63,878 bases of DNA, filler included, from Perkinsus chesapeaki ATCC PRA-425 (GCA_013115145.1; 8 parts of 8 records of this genome joined end to end with filler, not necessarily neighbours in it), one strand, 5' to 3'. Shown: positions 1 to 11,922, counted from the first letter of the whole stretch. The notes: generated by a model from the sequence alone, not told the origin. Made by a program: numbers and translations.

Positions 1-73
1 CACTTCAATATACCCTGGGAGGTGGTAGTGGTAGTGGTTTAGTATCGGCCACTTCAATATACCCTGGGAGGTG
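1..73. repeat. 46-bp minisatellite, left part (split by the LINE insertion)
   Basis: CACTTCAATATACCCTGGGAGGTGGTAGTGG...TTTAGTATCGGC matches the unit at 4965-5176; ends in the TSD TGGGAGGTG at 65-73. Confidence 0.9.
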
Positions 74-204
74 TTGTTGTTGTTGTTGTTGTTGTTGTTT
101 GGAGTTTAACGTCAAACGCCGAAACGGCTTAGTTTGACGACCTGCTCTCACAGGATTATTCCTGTGAGACTTTCCCTGTAGACGCACAACATATCCCAAC
201 TATA

Positions 205-3200
205 TCATTTACTTATCATGTTACAGAAGTGAATAATATCCACTACCCGTTTCTTAGAGACTACTAGCTGTGCCAGCGTACCATCAGTATTCACCCAAGT
301 CCGCCTCCACTTTGCCCTAGCTGTTGCCATACACCTTAGGAGACAATGCACACAATTATCTAACTGTAGACAATCTTTACACAATAGGGTGTGATGACGG
401 GGTCGGTAGTGGTATGAGTTTAAGGCCTCTGAGTGCCCGCTCAGAATTCTACACAGACTCATACTATCAGTTCTGTGTATCACAGTTTCCGTAAGGCAGC
501 GCCTTTGGTGATGGCTTCCAAAAACCCTTCTCAGCTCTTCTGGAAGTCTTTCAATTCTTCCACATAAGTCTTCTTCCATTTTAATATTAAGAATCTTCTT
601 TGTAGCAGAGCTTCCACAGGGCAGAGAAATAATCGTTTCCAATTGACGAGCTTCATTTGCCAAGCAATCTACCATTTTATTGCCTTGACAAGATGAGTGC
701 CCAGCCACCCACTTATAATGACATACCACATCTCGCTCTTTTAAGATCTTGTCAAGACTTCTCACTTTCTTTGGGAGATAAGATGTACTATCAGATTTCA
801 ATAACAGTAAACCGGCTCTACTGTCGGAGAAAATGGATACCTCACCATTATGTATATTACCACTAGTAACAGCCCAATTTAAAAACATTATTATACCATA
901 TAACTCTGCCTGCATTATAGAAGCGGTAGCATGCACACGACTGCCTCTACTACTGCAGAAATTATCTGGGCCACACGCATAAAAGGCAGCACCAAATGAT
1001 ATCACTTCTTTACCAGGGCCTCTTTCCATAGAGCCATCAGTGTAGACCTTCCAGCCTGTCATAGTGCTCGCCTCGTTAGTTAAACTCTCCTCTTTACTAT
1101 CTGGAATACAAATTCTATCAGTGAACTCCTTATCTTCGAAAGGATATCTAGATAGAATATCACCATCATATGAAGTGCCAAAACCATTATCACTGAGTAG
1201 AGTTTCCCATCTCGACTTCTTTCCTTTGGCACGGCGTCCTACATAATTAAGGAGGGAGCCTTTGTGATAATGCGCAATAATAGCCTTGCTTATCAGAATC
1301 TGGCTAAGGGGAGGTCTGCCTGATAGGCTATAGATATAGTTCACCGGGGTCGATCTTCTCAATTTAAAGGCCATCCTCATAAACGCATTTCCAATTCTGT
1401 CTAGATAATCCCTGACATAGCTACTAGCCAAGGCACTTCCATAGATTTCTATTCCATAACACAATCTCGGGACAAACACTTTGTCGAAGATCTCCAAACA
1501 TCTATAAGGGGTCAAACCAATAGATTTCTTCACATACCGAGCCGTACCGTGCATAATCTGCTGCGCCAAGAGAGCCCTTTCCTTGATATGAGGGAAGAAG
1601 TTTAGTCTCGCGGTTATACACATACCCAATACTTTAAGCTGAGATACCATACCAGTCATACCGAGCGAGTTCAGTTTCATATCATTAGTCAGCATCTTGC
1701 ACTTAGATCGTTCCAAGTGTAAATCCGCCTTTTCACAGGCATTCCTGATAATCCTATATATCTTCTCAATTGTCGACCTCATAACCTCTGGTTCTTGGTG
1801 CTTTTTCCAACTTAATAAGAGATAGGCATCATCCGCATATATAACCCATCTAACTTACGGAAAGAGTGCCTCTAACTCAGTCACCACTTCATCATATATA
1901 CCATCAGTACCAATTATAAATAAGATGGGCGAGAGACCTCCTCCTTGAGGGCAGCCACGATTGGGATTGCCTTCTCTATCACAGGTCTGACCAGCATAGC
2001 TTACCCTAGCGCCTCTTTCTTTCAACCATCTACTGATCCAGCGAAGAAGGTAAGGTTCCTTGACACTCGACCTTAAAGCTGTCAAAATGCTCTCGTGGGA
2101 GATTTCCCCAAAAGCATTTGAGAAGTCAGTACTAAGAACAACCCATTTCCGTTCTGAATTGATCCACTCACAAATCGAGCTAATAACATTTAGAGTTGAT
2201 CTACCTCTTATAAAGCCGTATTGAACCCCTTTGTCATAAAAACGTTTAGAGACACAGTTTAGACGTTCTATAACAAGGAATTCACAGACCTTACAAAAGA
2301 CACTAGTAAGAGAAATAGGACGGACCGAGTCGGTCCGACCGACTTAATATTTTTCGGGTCCTTGCCGATCTTATTTAAGAATACAACTTGAGAATATCTC
2401 CAAGCAGGAGGAATCCAGCCTGTAGTAAACGAATAATTTATAATAGTCAGGACTGCATCTAAAATGGGATCTGGCAAGGACGCAAAAAAGCGTAGGCGAA
2501 CGCCGTCAATTCCTGGAGCTTTATCATAAGAACTATGACGCCTTTTCAAGATGGCACGAAGGTCGTCTAAGGAAAAGCTAACGAAGTCTACATCAAAAGT
2601 CTCGTTATTCGAGCTACCATCATCTGATATAAAGAACTTATCGGTGTCCAAAGGTATGGGGCTGACATAATGATCGGCCAAACGATTCAAAGATTCTGTC
2701 GGATCTCTGTCTCCTTCGAACAAGCGAGCCGGTACCGGTTGGCCTTTTTTAATTCTTCTATACAATATATTATCAGTTTCTTGAGCAACTTCAGAAATGA
2801 ACTTATTAAAGGCATACTTCTTCTTTTCCACTATCTTGTCTCTATAGGAGTTTCTTGCAAGCTTGTAGTCAGCAAGGCGTCCTTGTCTCAGAAATCTCTT
2901 TGTAGTCGCCCTTAACTGTCTTAATTCAGTGTCCCACCATTTAATAGATCCATTATATCTAATGTCCACTTTCTTTTCTACAGTAGCTTGAATAAAGGCT
3001 CGTTGCATCAGTCCAATAAGATCACCATATCTTGCGGTAGCTTCTGCATGATCCTTTATAGGGTTGGTCTTGATCTCATTTTTCTGGTCGAGCAAAAAAC
3101 TTGTATACTTGAGCCAATCACAGCGACCATAAGAATAACCAGAGAGACTATTTCCAGTGTCTCTTGAATGTAGATATGCATTATTATCAATTGAGACTTC

Positions 3201-3822
3201 AAATAAGATCGGATAGTGGTCTCCAATACCATTGTCAGGAAGTACTCGCCAGTTTTGACAGCTAACCGCTCCTCCCGAAAAGGTTACATCGATACAAGCC
3301 TTGCCTCCATTCCTGTTACTATTAGCAAAGGTTGGGTTGAAGAAAGTAGGAGAGTCTCCAACATTTTCACATATCATACCTCTTGATATTAGCTGCTCAG
3401 TAAGATAATCGCCACGTAAGAGTTGGTCAGGGGAAGCTGTCAGGCCAGTATTATCCCATAAGGGGCTCGAAGCATTCGAGTCACCTCCTAGAATTACTGC
3501 ATCTCCTTTTACCTCATCTAGAAGATCGAGGAAGGCAAAGTCTTCCTCCCCCGTAACAGTGGGTGAGATATAAAAGGAGGCAATTACCAGGTTTTTATAC
3601 AAAATCATAGTAAGATTCTTGCAAGAGGCCAGAGAGAAGACACAAGCATAACTAATATTGGTATTCACCAAAATAGCACAACGGCTCTACAAACATAAAC
3701 TTGGGGGGTTCAGATATAAGAATGACATCTACCAGTACATTTTGTTCTTGTAGAGAGCCAACGAAAGATAATAACACGTTATTAGAGTTCCTTGCATTAC
3801 ACTGTAAGAAACTTACAGACAT
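205..3822 (-). pseudogene. LINE ORF2 (endonuclease/reverse transcriptase/RNase H) with three lesions
   Basis: ATG at 3822 overlaps the ORF1 end; frameshift near 3690, 14-bp insertion at 2329-2342, in-frame TAA at 1855-1857 just before YADD; remaining motifs intact. Confidence 0.88.
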
Positions 3823-4931
3823 ATATACTTAGATAAAGGACCAGAAAAAGCCGGACCATCCCGAGTATAGTCAATACGGTCGAGTCGTGCTCTCATAGCC
3901 TCCAACTTCTTAATACACGGAGGACCATTGATAACACAGTGACCGTCTGCATCACATAAGGAACAATGCATATCTCCCACCTTCTTAGTAGCCTTGAAGG
4001 GACAATCAGCTAATTTATGATCAGCTGCGCAAAATAAGCACTTCTTTTTTATAGAACAAGTACCATTTTTACCATGCAACCCACCACAGTCATAGCAATA
4101 ATTTATTGAAATAAAATCATGACATCTCAGCTTTTGACAGTTTACATATACACCATCATTCCTGATTAGAGTATCTCGGTCTTCTGTAGGCATACGGAAA
4201 ACGACAAATAACTCCTTATTCGTCACCACTTTCCAGCTCTCAACCGATAGGTTATTCATAACTTTAGAACATTGATTCATAATATCTTCCGGAGTCAGAC
4301 CTTCTTTGCGAACTAAGACCTCCGGTAGAAGCTTCTCTTGTGTGCGAACCGCATACCCACCGCCCCGTGAGGTTGTTTTTAACGCAGTAGAAACTCTTTC
4401 ACTGTCTTTGTCCGCCACCAAAACAGCTACATCCGAATTCCGAATGAAAACCTTATTAACTGGGAGTTGTGCAGTCATCAGGTGCTCGCAGACTTTAGTT
4501 TTAATTTTCTCCAGAGAACTCTCCATACTGGTTTCAGTAGCAGGTAAAGTGCCAGTCTTCTTCACCGATAGAAGTACATTCTTAGAATTAGGCCTCGAAC
4601 TATTGCTGGGTAAAGGGATACCAGATAAGAGGGTATTCTTGTAAGAGCGTCCCAAGTTTCCGTATGGGCCCATAGTTGAGGGAGGCATTCTATCAGCCTT
4701 CACCCTCAGGGCTCTGTTTTCTTCTAAAAGACCGATATAAAAACTCTTCATACTGCTTAGTAAAGACGTAACACTATTAGTGAGAGCGTCACCAAAGTCA
4801 TAGGCCTTTATGGTTTCTAGCATTCTGTCGCAGCATTCGTCGAAGTTTGAAGCATCTTCTTCTTCATCATCCGGGTCAGCCCAGCTACGGGAGGGATTAC
4901 TGCTACCGCTGGGAGAGCGGGAAGGGGGCAT
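3813..4931 (-). CDS. LINE ORF1, gag-like nucleic-acid-binding protein
   Basis: Open frame; C-terminal CYDCGGLHGKNGTC, CLFCAADHKLADC and CSLCDADGHC knuckles; likely start MPPSRS at 4931 because the upstream part of the predicted ORF reads through the minisatellite. Confidence 0.85.
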   Translation of the reverse strand: MPPSRSPSGSSNPSRSWADPDDEEEDASNFDECCDRMLETIKAYDFGDALTNSVTSLLSSMKSFYIGLLEENRALRVKADRMPPSTMGPYGNLGRSYKNTLLSGIPLPSNSSRPNSKNVLLSVKKTGTLPATETSMESSLEKIKTKVCEHLMTAQLPVNKVFIRNSDVAVLVADKDSERVSTALKTTSRGGGYAVRTQEKLLPEVLVRKEGLTPEDIMNQCSKVMNNLSVESWKVVTNKELFVVFRMPTEDRDTLIRNDGVYVNCQKLRCHDFISINYCYDCGGLHGKNGTCSIKKKCLFCAADHKLADCPFKATKKVGDMHCSLCDADGHCVINGPPCIKKLEAMRARLDRIDYTRDGPAFSGPLSKYICL

Positions 4932-4964
4932 TATGGGATTAAGATGAAGTAAAATAAAACAACT

Positions 4965-5176
4965 TGGGAGGTGGTAGTGGTGGTTTAGTATCGGCCACTT
5001 CAATATACCCTGGGAGGTGGTAGTGGTGGTTTAGTATCGGCCACTTCAATATACCCTGGGAGGTGGTAGTGGTGGTTTAGTATCGGCCACTTCAATATAC
5101 CCTGGGAGGTGGTAGTGGTGGTTTAGTATCGGCCACTTCAATATACCCTGGGAGGTGGTAGTGGTGGTTTAGTATC
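4965..5176. repeat. 46-bp minisatellite, about 4.6 copies
   Basis: Unit CCACTTCAATATACCCTGGGAGGTGGTAGTGGTGGTTTAGTATCGG starts at 4995, 5041, 5087 and 5133. Confidence 0.95.
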
Positions 5177-5399
5177 TCAGGTGGAAGTACTCATGTCATT
5201 CAGTAATGAAAGGGTGAGCTTTTCAGAGGTGTATGTGGTTAGCTCTGAACGAATCGCTCTGAAACTTCGAGGGTATAATTGTTATGCATAGGGAGCTTAT
5301 ACCTGGGTCATTCATTGATTAGCGCACCTTAATTGTTCCCAAATCCTAAAAAAACACAACTTGCTAAAGTTTTGTTGCGCAGTGTATGTTGACCTTCCT

Positions 5400-5860
5400 C
5401 CAGAGAGTCCTACCGCGCAGTTCTCACTCAACATTAAGCCGGAAAACAAAACGCCAATGAAAGCATGCTTACCTGCTCGTTCTGTAATACTACCATGACA
5501 AGTTGGATACAAATAAATGCCAATGCAGCTGCCAAAGCTTGAGTGATGAAGGCCACCCAACCAGCTGTAGTGAACGTGAACGGGATGGAGAGAGCTTGAG
5601 ATATAACAATATTGCAGCATATGAAGAAGAATGTCCTGGAAGCACGAAGATGTACAATGCAATAGCTTACATAACATGTACACAGTGTTTGATTTTGAGT
5701 AGTTAGTCCCAACTGGAAAACGTCATAATTTCATCGATTCAGCTATCGAGAACATTACCAAGTCCAAAAATAGTTTGTATAATGTCATTGTCATAATCGA
5801 TCACGAACCGTTACAAAGGTAGGGCGATCGAAATATTTAACATCCCTGCGCACTGTCCAG
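5400..5860 (-). pseudogene. Degenerate multi-pass membrane protein fragment
   Basis: Hydrophobic frames (AGWVAFITQALAAALAFICIQLVMVVL; GMLNISIALPL*RFVIDYDNDIIQTIFGLGNV) with an internal stop; family not recognised. Confidence 0.3.
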
Positions 5861-6844
5861 TGTGGAGACAGTATTTTTGTTCTAAAGAGGACGACAGCAT
5901 TCGGTACTCCTTTGTCTAACTACGACGATTAACCTTCTTACGATGTTGGTACAGTTTAACAACTACTAATACTTGTCAACATTCATAGATAACGCTACGC
6001 TAAGTAGTCGATTAACCTACAAAGACCTTACAAAAGTTGTATTTTTCCTCATACTCTATATGACGAGTTTGCGTACTGTTACGCCAGATTAAATAGTCCA
6101 AACATGTTTGTTTGTTTGTTTGTTTGTTTGGGCGGCCTTGTTAGTGCAGAAACGGTCGTTTACCTCAGGGAAATGCCTCGATTCATATGAGTCGTCACGA
6201 CACCGAATGCCTTCTCACGTGGGGACGGCTACAAGTCGTCTAAGGTTTCAGTCGACTCCACGGACATCTCACAACAAATACCCTTATTCTAAAGAGTCAA
6301 CAACGGCAGCCGCACCGAGCGACACTTATTGCCCTGTGAGGCGATAGAGATTGTGGAGATACCTGCTAACACTGGAATTTACTCGTTAACGATCATCTTG
6401 GATTCTAAGATCATTCTTGAGGAGTTTTTCTTTTTAAGACTTGAAAAAACAATTCCCAAAACCCGAAAATCGCAGAGTCAACCATGAGGTTTTCGATGGG
6501 TCATCAAACTGCAGACTGTTGATCTGGTACTCTACAGAATGGTAAAGCGAGCTCGAAGCAATGAATCCGCCGGCAATATAAAATTCAACTTAGTGATAAT
6601 CTGACGAGCTGAATGTCTCCCCGTTGCTGATTCCCGTCATTCAACCGCGCATTCCTCCGATTGGGATACTGAACACAAAAAAGAGAGAGATCGGGCACCA
6701 AAGTTAGTTTTGATAATGTGTGCTTAAATGTAATGGTCCACTAGAATGGTACTAGTATTACAACCAACGGAACGGGTCCGGCTTATAAGTCCAAATTTCG
6801 GATAGGTCTCAACAATCTTAATAAAACTTAACCACCATCACCAA

Positions 6845-8724
6845 TCACACGTCCGCCCAGATCTGAATGATGCTAAATACGGTACCGAGGATGGCCGATG
6901 CTGACGCGACAGTGATGCCGATGTAAAGACTCACCACTACAGTCGAACTTGACGGTTTCATCATGATAAGATAGAATGCCAGTGGCATGATGAATAATAA
7001 GGCTGAAAAGAAAAGACGCAGATAAGGTTGATTCGAGTGCACCCGAAATATGGGAGGAAAGTTTTCAGAATTAATTAAAAAAGGCTTCAAGCAGAGACTC
7101 TCAGTTCGGAAAATATCAGTCCAGCTAGGGAATCATCCTCTAAATCGAAAACTAAGGAAATGAGAATGAGCCGATTTCCAATCTACTCGGTAAAGGGGCC
7201 GATTTTCCCGGGTATAGACGGTTTACAATCTCATACCATAAATTCCTCAAATCTTACCTATAGTAACGCTGCATCCCATGATGGCATACACTTGGGGCAA
7301 ATGGTTCTGCAATGCAACTGCGAGACCACAAACAACTAGCGTTACAAAAGCTCTGTATAATATACGTAATTTCACTGACGCCGTTTGGACCTGATGAAAT
7401 ACATATTGGTAATTGAATTCCCAAATAGAATCTGAGCTGGAGTTTTCCTACCACGCTGGCCTCGGTCATCGCCATCAAAGGGGTCATCAGCACTGGAATT
7501 GCCGAGAAGCCATAAAATATGTAAATAATATAAACAATGACAAAGCCGCCATATGGTATACCTGAGGATCGAACCAACGACCCTAAGCTTCAGAGAATAA
7601 CATCATAACCAACTCCTCTACCTCTCTGATAGTTCTCAAGGGCGGTCAAAAAGTTAGGGGGGCACTCGCTGCTTCCACAAAGATGCATTCCCAAGATCCC
7701 CACCACTAGCATATACAGCAAAGCACATCCGAAGCCGACCAGCGAACATAGGAGGAAATATTTCCTCCGAATTCTGCCTCGCCGACTCGTGATCGACTTT
7801 GTAATTTTCGTGGGTTCAACTTTCTCTTTAGCATCTTCCTGCGTCGCCTCGCTCGTTGCTGCCGATATTCTCGTATCGTTCACTTCGTTTGACCGCTCTT
7901 CGGAAATGCTCTTACTTCCACTTGTCGGATCTGAGGGAGTAAAACGATCAACTCAGACTAATTGAAGAAACATTTCAACGTAACTCCCAGAGCCCTCGGC
8001 GTTCCTAAAGCAGCGGTAGACGTCGACCGCGGAATACTGCCAGGCATACAAAAGCGCTATAATAATACAGTACGTCCCTTCTGACTAGTGCGACATTCCG
8101 ATCAGTAATGGAGATGTAGCCCGAACGTTCAGGTTAGAATGAAATGCAAAACTCACCAAACTTACCAGTTGCAGCAATGCCGGCGAAAACCGGCAAAGCG
8201 AATGCGTTGGAGAAAGCGTGAATGATAACTCCAAAAAGTACAAAGAAGTCACCCGCTCCAGCTTTGTTTGAATAAAATGGCATACCCACCAGTCGGGAAC
8301 GTGGAGGCTCCACCAGAAGAGCGATCGATGACGCCGCCTGACAGGAACGGTAACATTATTAATATTATAGAAGGCTTACCAGCGCAATCAAGCCAACCAC
8401 CAATGTGATAGGGGTAATAATAGAAAACACAGACCTGGCTTGAGAATAGACCGGTACCACCGATATAGCGAATGAAATGAAGGCAAATATCAGCACGCAG
8501 AATCCATCTGAGAAATAAACAAGAATATCGGAATGCTCACAAGCGCATGTGCAAAGTAGTCGCCTAGAGCTCCCTCGGATGAGTTGTATTTGTAATGAGT
8601 CTATTAAATACGATTTTATAGGTTGCCTAAAGTGACCGGGTCGTCGTAAAGATGCACAGCAAACGAGCTTCCCAACGCAACACATACGAATGAAAAGTCC
8701 TTGTTGAGGTCTCAAGGACTCCAT
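6845..8724 (-). CDS. Multi-exon polytopic membrane transporter (loosely equilibrative nucleoside transporter-like), possibly pseudogenised
   Basis: Series of hydrophobic exons (FFVLFGVIIHAFSNAFALPVFAGIAATG; YFLLCSLVGFGCALLYMLVVGILG; FVIVYIIYIFYGF; LFFSALLFIMPLAF) around a central hydrophilic loop; family call from topology only. Confidence 0.4.
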
Positions 8725-9066
8725 GTCACCGCGACTTAGACTTTCTAGCAGTTCGAGCGCGGATTAGCGCAGAGAAGCATGTATTATAGTCCCTAAAACT
8801 ATCGACGTCCGGAGAATATTTCAATTCATATTTCCTTCCGTAACCCATTTTCCATCGGCATTTGGAGTCCATTTCGGGCATTCCTTCTCGTTTTCTGATT
8901 GCCGATGGTAAGTCTGGACAACATACTCATTCTGGTGGTGAATGCATGCCCGAGTCAGGGAGTTATCCAGCCACACACAAATGAGGCCCTCGAATATTAA
9001 AATGAGTTTCTCATACGGGACCATGAAGGTTCAAGAGCAAGGACATCTTCCGCGAAATAAAATAAG

Positions 9067-9136
9067 GACACTTTGGCCGAGTGGTTAAGGCGGCGGCCTG
9101 CTAAGCCGTTGGGCTCTGCCCGCGAGGGTTCGAATC
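9067..9136 (+). tRNA. tRNA-Ser(GCT), 3' end cut by contig edge
   Basis: GACACTT-TGGCCGAGTGGTTAAGGC, anticodon arm GCGGC-CTGCTAA-GCCGT, long variable arm, GGTTCGAATC. Confidence 0.9.
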
Positions 9137-9236
9137 NNNNNNNNNNNNNNNNNNNNNNNNNNNNNNNNNNNNNNNNNNNNTTAATTAATTAANNNNNNNN
9201 NNNNNNNNNNNNNNNNNNNNNNNNNNNNNNNNNNNN
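9137..9236. other. Artificial contig linker (N-run + TTAATTAATTAA six-frame stop + N-run); same linker at 27625, 41479, 45240, 54811, 59065, 62521
   Basis: Identical 100-bp structure seven times. Confidence 0.97.
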
Positions 9237-9600
9237 ACTTACATCGTGTTTTGATGGTACTAGTTGAGCTGTCAACTTCGGAGGCTGATTATTCATGATA
9301 GCATTGCGAGTCTAGATATATATAGCTGATCGCGTTCTTTTGACTACTCAAGCGTATATCTTCCGAGGTATGGGGTAAAGCATGGGTATAAAATTGAGAC
9401 TCAACTCGAGAATTCATTCAACCAGAGAATGTCTGACTAATGAGATGTAGAGCCTCTGTGTCGAAGTGTGGAGATGAAATACGGCATGCCTCTGCGAAAA
9501 GCAGCCCTTTTATCCCTTGACATTCGCTACCATAATGGAGATGTGATAATGAGAAGAAAGAAGTGTAGCGTAAGACCAAATGAGCAGCGTAGCTAAGCGA

Positions 9601-11922
9601 TCAGGAATCATCTAGACGAGCAAAAGATATCCTATGTGACGAACCGTCAAACTGGGTATAATAGTTCCTGAAATAAGGCTTACCAAGGAACCACTTATCC
9701 CCATGTTCCTGATTCAGAATTTCGCCAAAGAGAACCCTGCAAGTACCACAATCAATAGTACTAGGAGCTGTATAATCTTCTGGTTTGAATGTAATTGTGA
9801 CCTCACCTCCACCATAACCAGGTAACACTATGTTCACCTCCGGTAACTTCTTAATATCTTTGCATAAAACCGACCACCCTTGCTTAGCGTCTTTAACTTC
9901 TAGCTTATCCAACGTAGCCTCATTCAGAGCACTGGCCATCTCATGTATGAGGTCATCAAGAGCATCTGTTGGAGCATATATTAGTGGATAGGCACTGGCG
10001 AACCCAACCGCTCTGAAGTCTTTCACCTTACCAAACGGTGTGGATTGCCCATTTCTAGTAGTATAACCTCGTATACCATTGACCCTAGGCCATGAGCTGG
10101 GCTCAAGTGCTCTTCGTGCACTCATCAGGTCGCCTTCTGTAAGTGAGCGAGGGAGTCTAAACCCACCGAGAGAAAGGACCCCGAGGGTGTCAGTGGGCGA
10201 ACGTTGACCATAGATAGAGAACTGTTTATGATTCTCTAGAGGTAGCTTACTCATTTGAGATAATAGTGAGGGTCCAAGTAGAGGATATTCTGGGGAGGCA
10301 AGTCCAAGAGACTGGTAACCATTAGGATAGGCGCTGGATCCAAACTCTAGAATCGAAATTATCTGAGTCTTCACCGAAGTTGCTCCAATGTTCACGTAAG
10401 TGCCCTCGAGCGAATAAATATTACGTTTGGTTAACATAGGATCTGTGTATTGTATTGATACCTTATTTGGACAGTCGTGACTGTTGAGCGCTGCCGTGCA
10501 GTCGTAGCACTGCTCGGGCTGGTGACACCCTTTCAAAGCCAGGCTATTGTTATCCAGTAGCATGATGGAGTCCACCGAAGTATCAGCAACAACGTTGAGA
10601 GGTTGACGATCCACTGTTAGAATAGTTACCATGTCGTAGTCCAGAGCAAGTTGGATAACGCCGTAGAGGGACGACGGCTTGGACTTCTTGATGAAGTAGA
10701 TCTCATTCTTTGGTTCGTGCGTGAACGCCATATTATTAGCCCGGAATGCCGGCCAACCCAAAATGACATACGGCCTGTTATTGTCATTATCCAATTTGGT
10801 CAAACTAGCATCTTTAGGAGCACCGAATAGCCATCTACACCTACCATCGGATTTGTCGCCCAGAGGCATGACAGTCGCCCAATTCGGGATCAAGATGCTG
10901 CTTGTGGTTTGTCTGTGCTTGAAGAAGATGAAATGGAACTCCCAGTCTGGTAATTTGTCCACCAATTCACATGGAATAGTGTACCCTTCGATGGCATCTT
11001 CGACCGAAATCTTGGTCAAAGAGTGTCCTGTCCCTTTGAGAGCATCATTCACAGCCATAATATATTTAGATTGTAAGTCCTCATCTCTGACGTAAATCAG
11101 CGGTGCCCCGGAAACGACACCACAGAATGGGGCAACGGGTCCGTGGCTCCATCCAGAAGCAGCATATAATGTCTGGGAAGTGCCGCCATATTTGGCATAT
11201 ACAGAATTAGTCGAACCCATGAAATGACTTTGGCGAGTATCCGTGAAGAGTTTCCTAAGATCGTCGTGAAAGTCGAATCCGTCTTTTGAGTCGAAGTTCT
11301 CCTCAATGAAGTCGAGGCCATATGTTACCCTTCCCGGTGGACCAAGCGGAGAGTCGGCCGAGAAAATGCCAAATGCAAGATATTTACGAAGCTGGCCGGG
11401 CAAATCATGTAATTGCTCGGCAAAAATCCCATCGGCACTTCTTTCTTTTCCTTGTACGCCAGCGAAGCCAAGACCAAACCTAGTGTCAACAGGGCTCTCA
11501 ACCCCCGGTCTTTTGTCATCAGGCTCCAAGTATACGATATGCTGTAGATTCATACGCTTTGTTTTTTTACCATCAAACGATACTTCTGCGGTAGTATCAG
11601 CAGACCGTTGGTCATAACCATAGTACCCATGATAAGTTGCTGCAGTAACTGGAACTTGGGGGCAACTCTCATAACAGTTATAACACTTGTCGCCCGAACA
11701 AGTACGTTCGTGAATGCCGAATCCTCGTGGCTGATGGGTATAAAGCCTCACCGAAGGGACACCCGTATCGACAGTCCCAACAACAACCTGACCGTCAAAT
11801 ATGATGGTCGAACGGAAATCATAGGTTAAAGGCAAGGATACTTGGCAGTCTACCAGCAGCATCAATGTCGAACCACATAAAAGATACCAACACAGGGTGA
11901 TAGAGTAGAATGAGCGTCCCAT
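9601..11922 (-). CDS. Secreted pepsin-family (A1) aspartic-protease-like protein with two tandem protease units
   Basis: Intronless 773 aa; signal peptide; VDTG (unit 1) and ADTS (unit 2) first-lobe motifs; LGWP.F and LGKPYFRNYYTQFD...RISFA C-terminal pepsin motifs each occur. Confidence 0.8.
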   Translation of the reverse strand: MGRSFYSITLCWYLLCGSTLMLLVDCQVSLPLTYDFRSTIIFDGQVVVGTVDTGVPSVRLYTHQPRGFGIHERTCSGDKCYNCYESCPQVPVTAATYHGYYGYDQRSADTTAEVSFDGKKTKRMNLQHIVYLEPDDKRPGVESPVDTRFGLGFAGVQGKERSADGIFAEQLHDLPGQLRKYLAFGIFSADSPLGPPGRVTYGLDFIEENFDSKDGFDFHDDLRKLFTDTRQSHFMGSTNSVYAKYGGTSQTLYAASGWSHGPVAPFCGVVSGAPLIYVRDEDLQSKYIMAVNDALKGTGHSLTKISVEDAIEGYTIPCELVDKLPDWEFHFIFFKHRQTTSSILIPNWATVMPLGDKSDGRCRWLFGAPKDASLTKLDNDNNRPYVILGWPAFRANNMAFTHEPKNEIYFIKKSKPSSLYGVIQLALDYDMVTILTVDRQPLNVVADTSVDSIMLLDNNSLALKGCHQPEQCYDCTAALNSHDCPNKVSIQYTDPMLTKRNIYSLEGTYVNIGATSVKTQIISILEFGSSAYPNGYQSLGLASPEYPLLGPSLLSQMSKLPLENHKQFSIYGQRSPTDTLGVLSLGGFRLPRSLTEGDLMSARRALEPSSWPRVNGIRGYTTRNGQSTPFGKVKDFRAVGFASAYPLIYAPTDALDDLIHEMASALNEATLDKLEVKDAKQGWSVLCKDIKKLPEVNIVLPGYGGGEVTITFKPEDYTAPSTIDCGTCRVLFGEILNQEHGDKWFLGKPYFRNYYTQFDGSSHRISFARLDDS

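Larger units (their letters stand above)
74..4964 (-). mobile_element. Full-length non-LTR retrotransposon (APE-RT-RNase H type; I/R1/Tad1-like group), inactivated
   Basis: ORF1 with Cys/His knuckles; ORF2 with APE (QCNARNS, DVILISEP, GDSNA, IDVTF, GDHYPI), RT (RPISL, QYGF, DFSNAF, PQG, YADD) and RNase H (YTDGS, AELYGI, FSDS, WVAGH) motifs; (CAA)n tail at 74-99; 9-bp TSD at 65-73 and 4965-4973. Confidence 0.93.

Noticed and set aside
4965-5176. 46-bp repeats as LINE 5' UTR promoter repeats or a CRISPR array
   Set aside because: The same repeat continues past the 3' tail with a TSD, so it is the target; no spacers.
7552-7600. tRNA-like GGTTCGATCC on the minus strand
   Set aside because: No matching acceptor stem or D-arm; lies at an exon/intron junction of the transporter gene. 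B-box-like strings near 13335, 14872 and 20086 were rejected for the same reason.
9181-9192. Recurrent TTAATTAATTAA palindrome within N-runs
   Set aside because: Artificial six-frame-stop linker used to join contigs; not biological.
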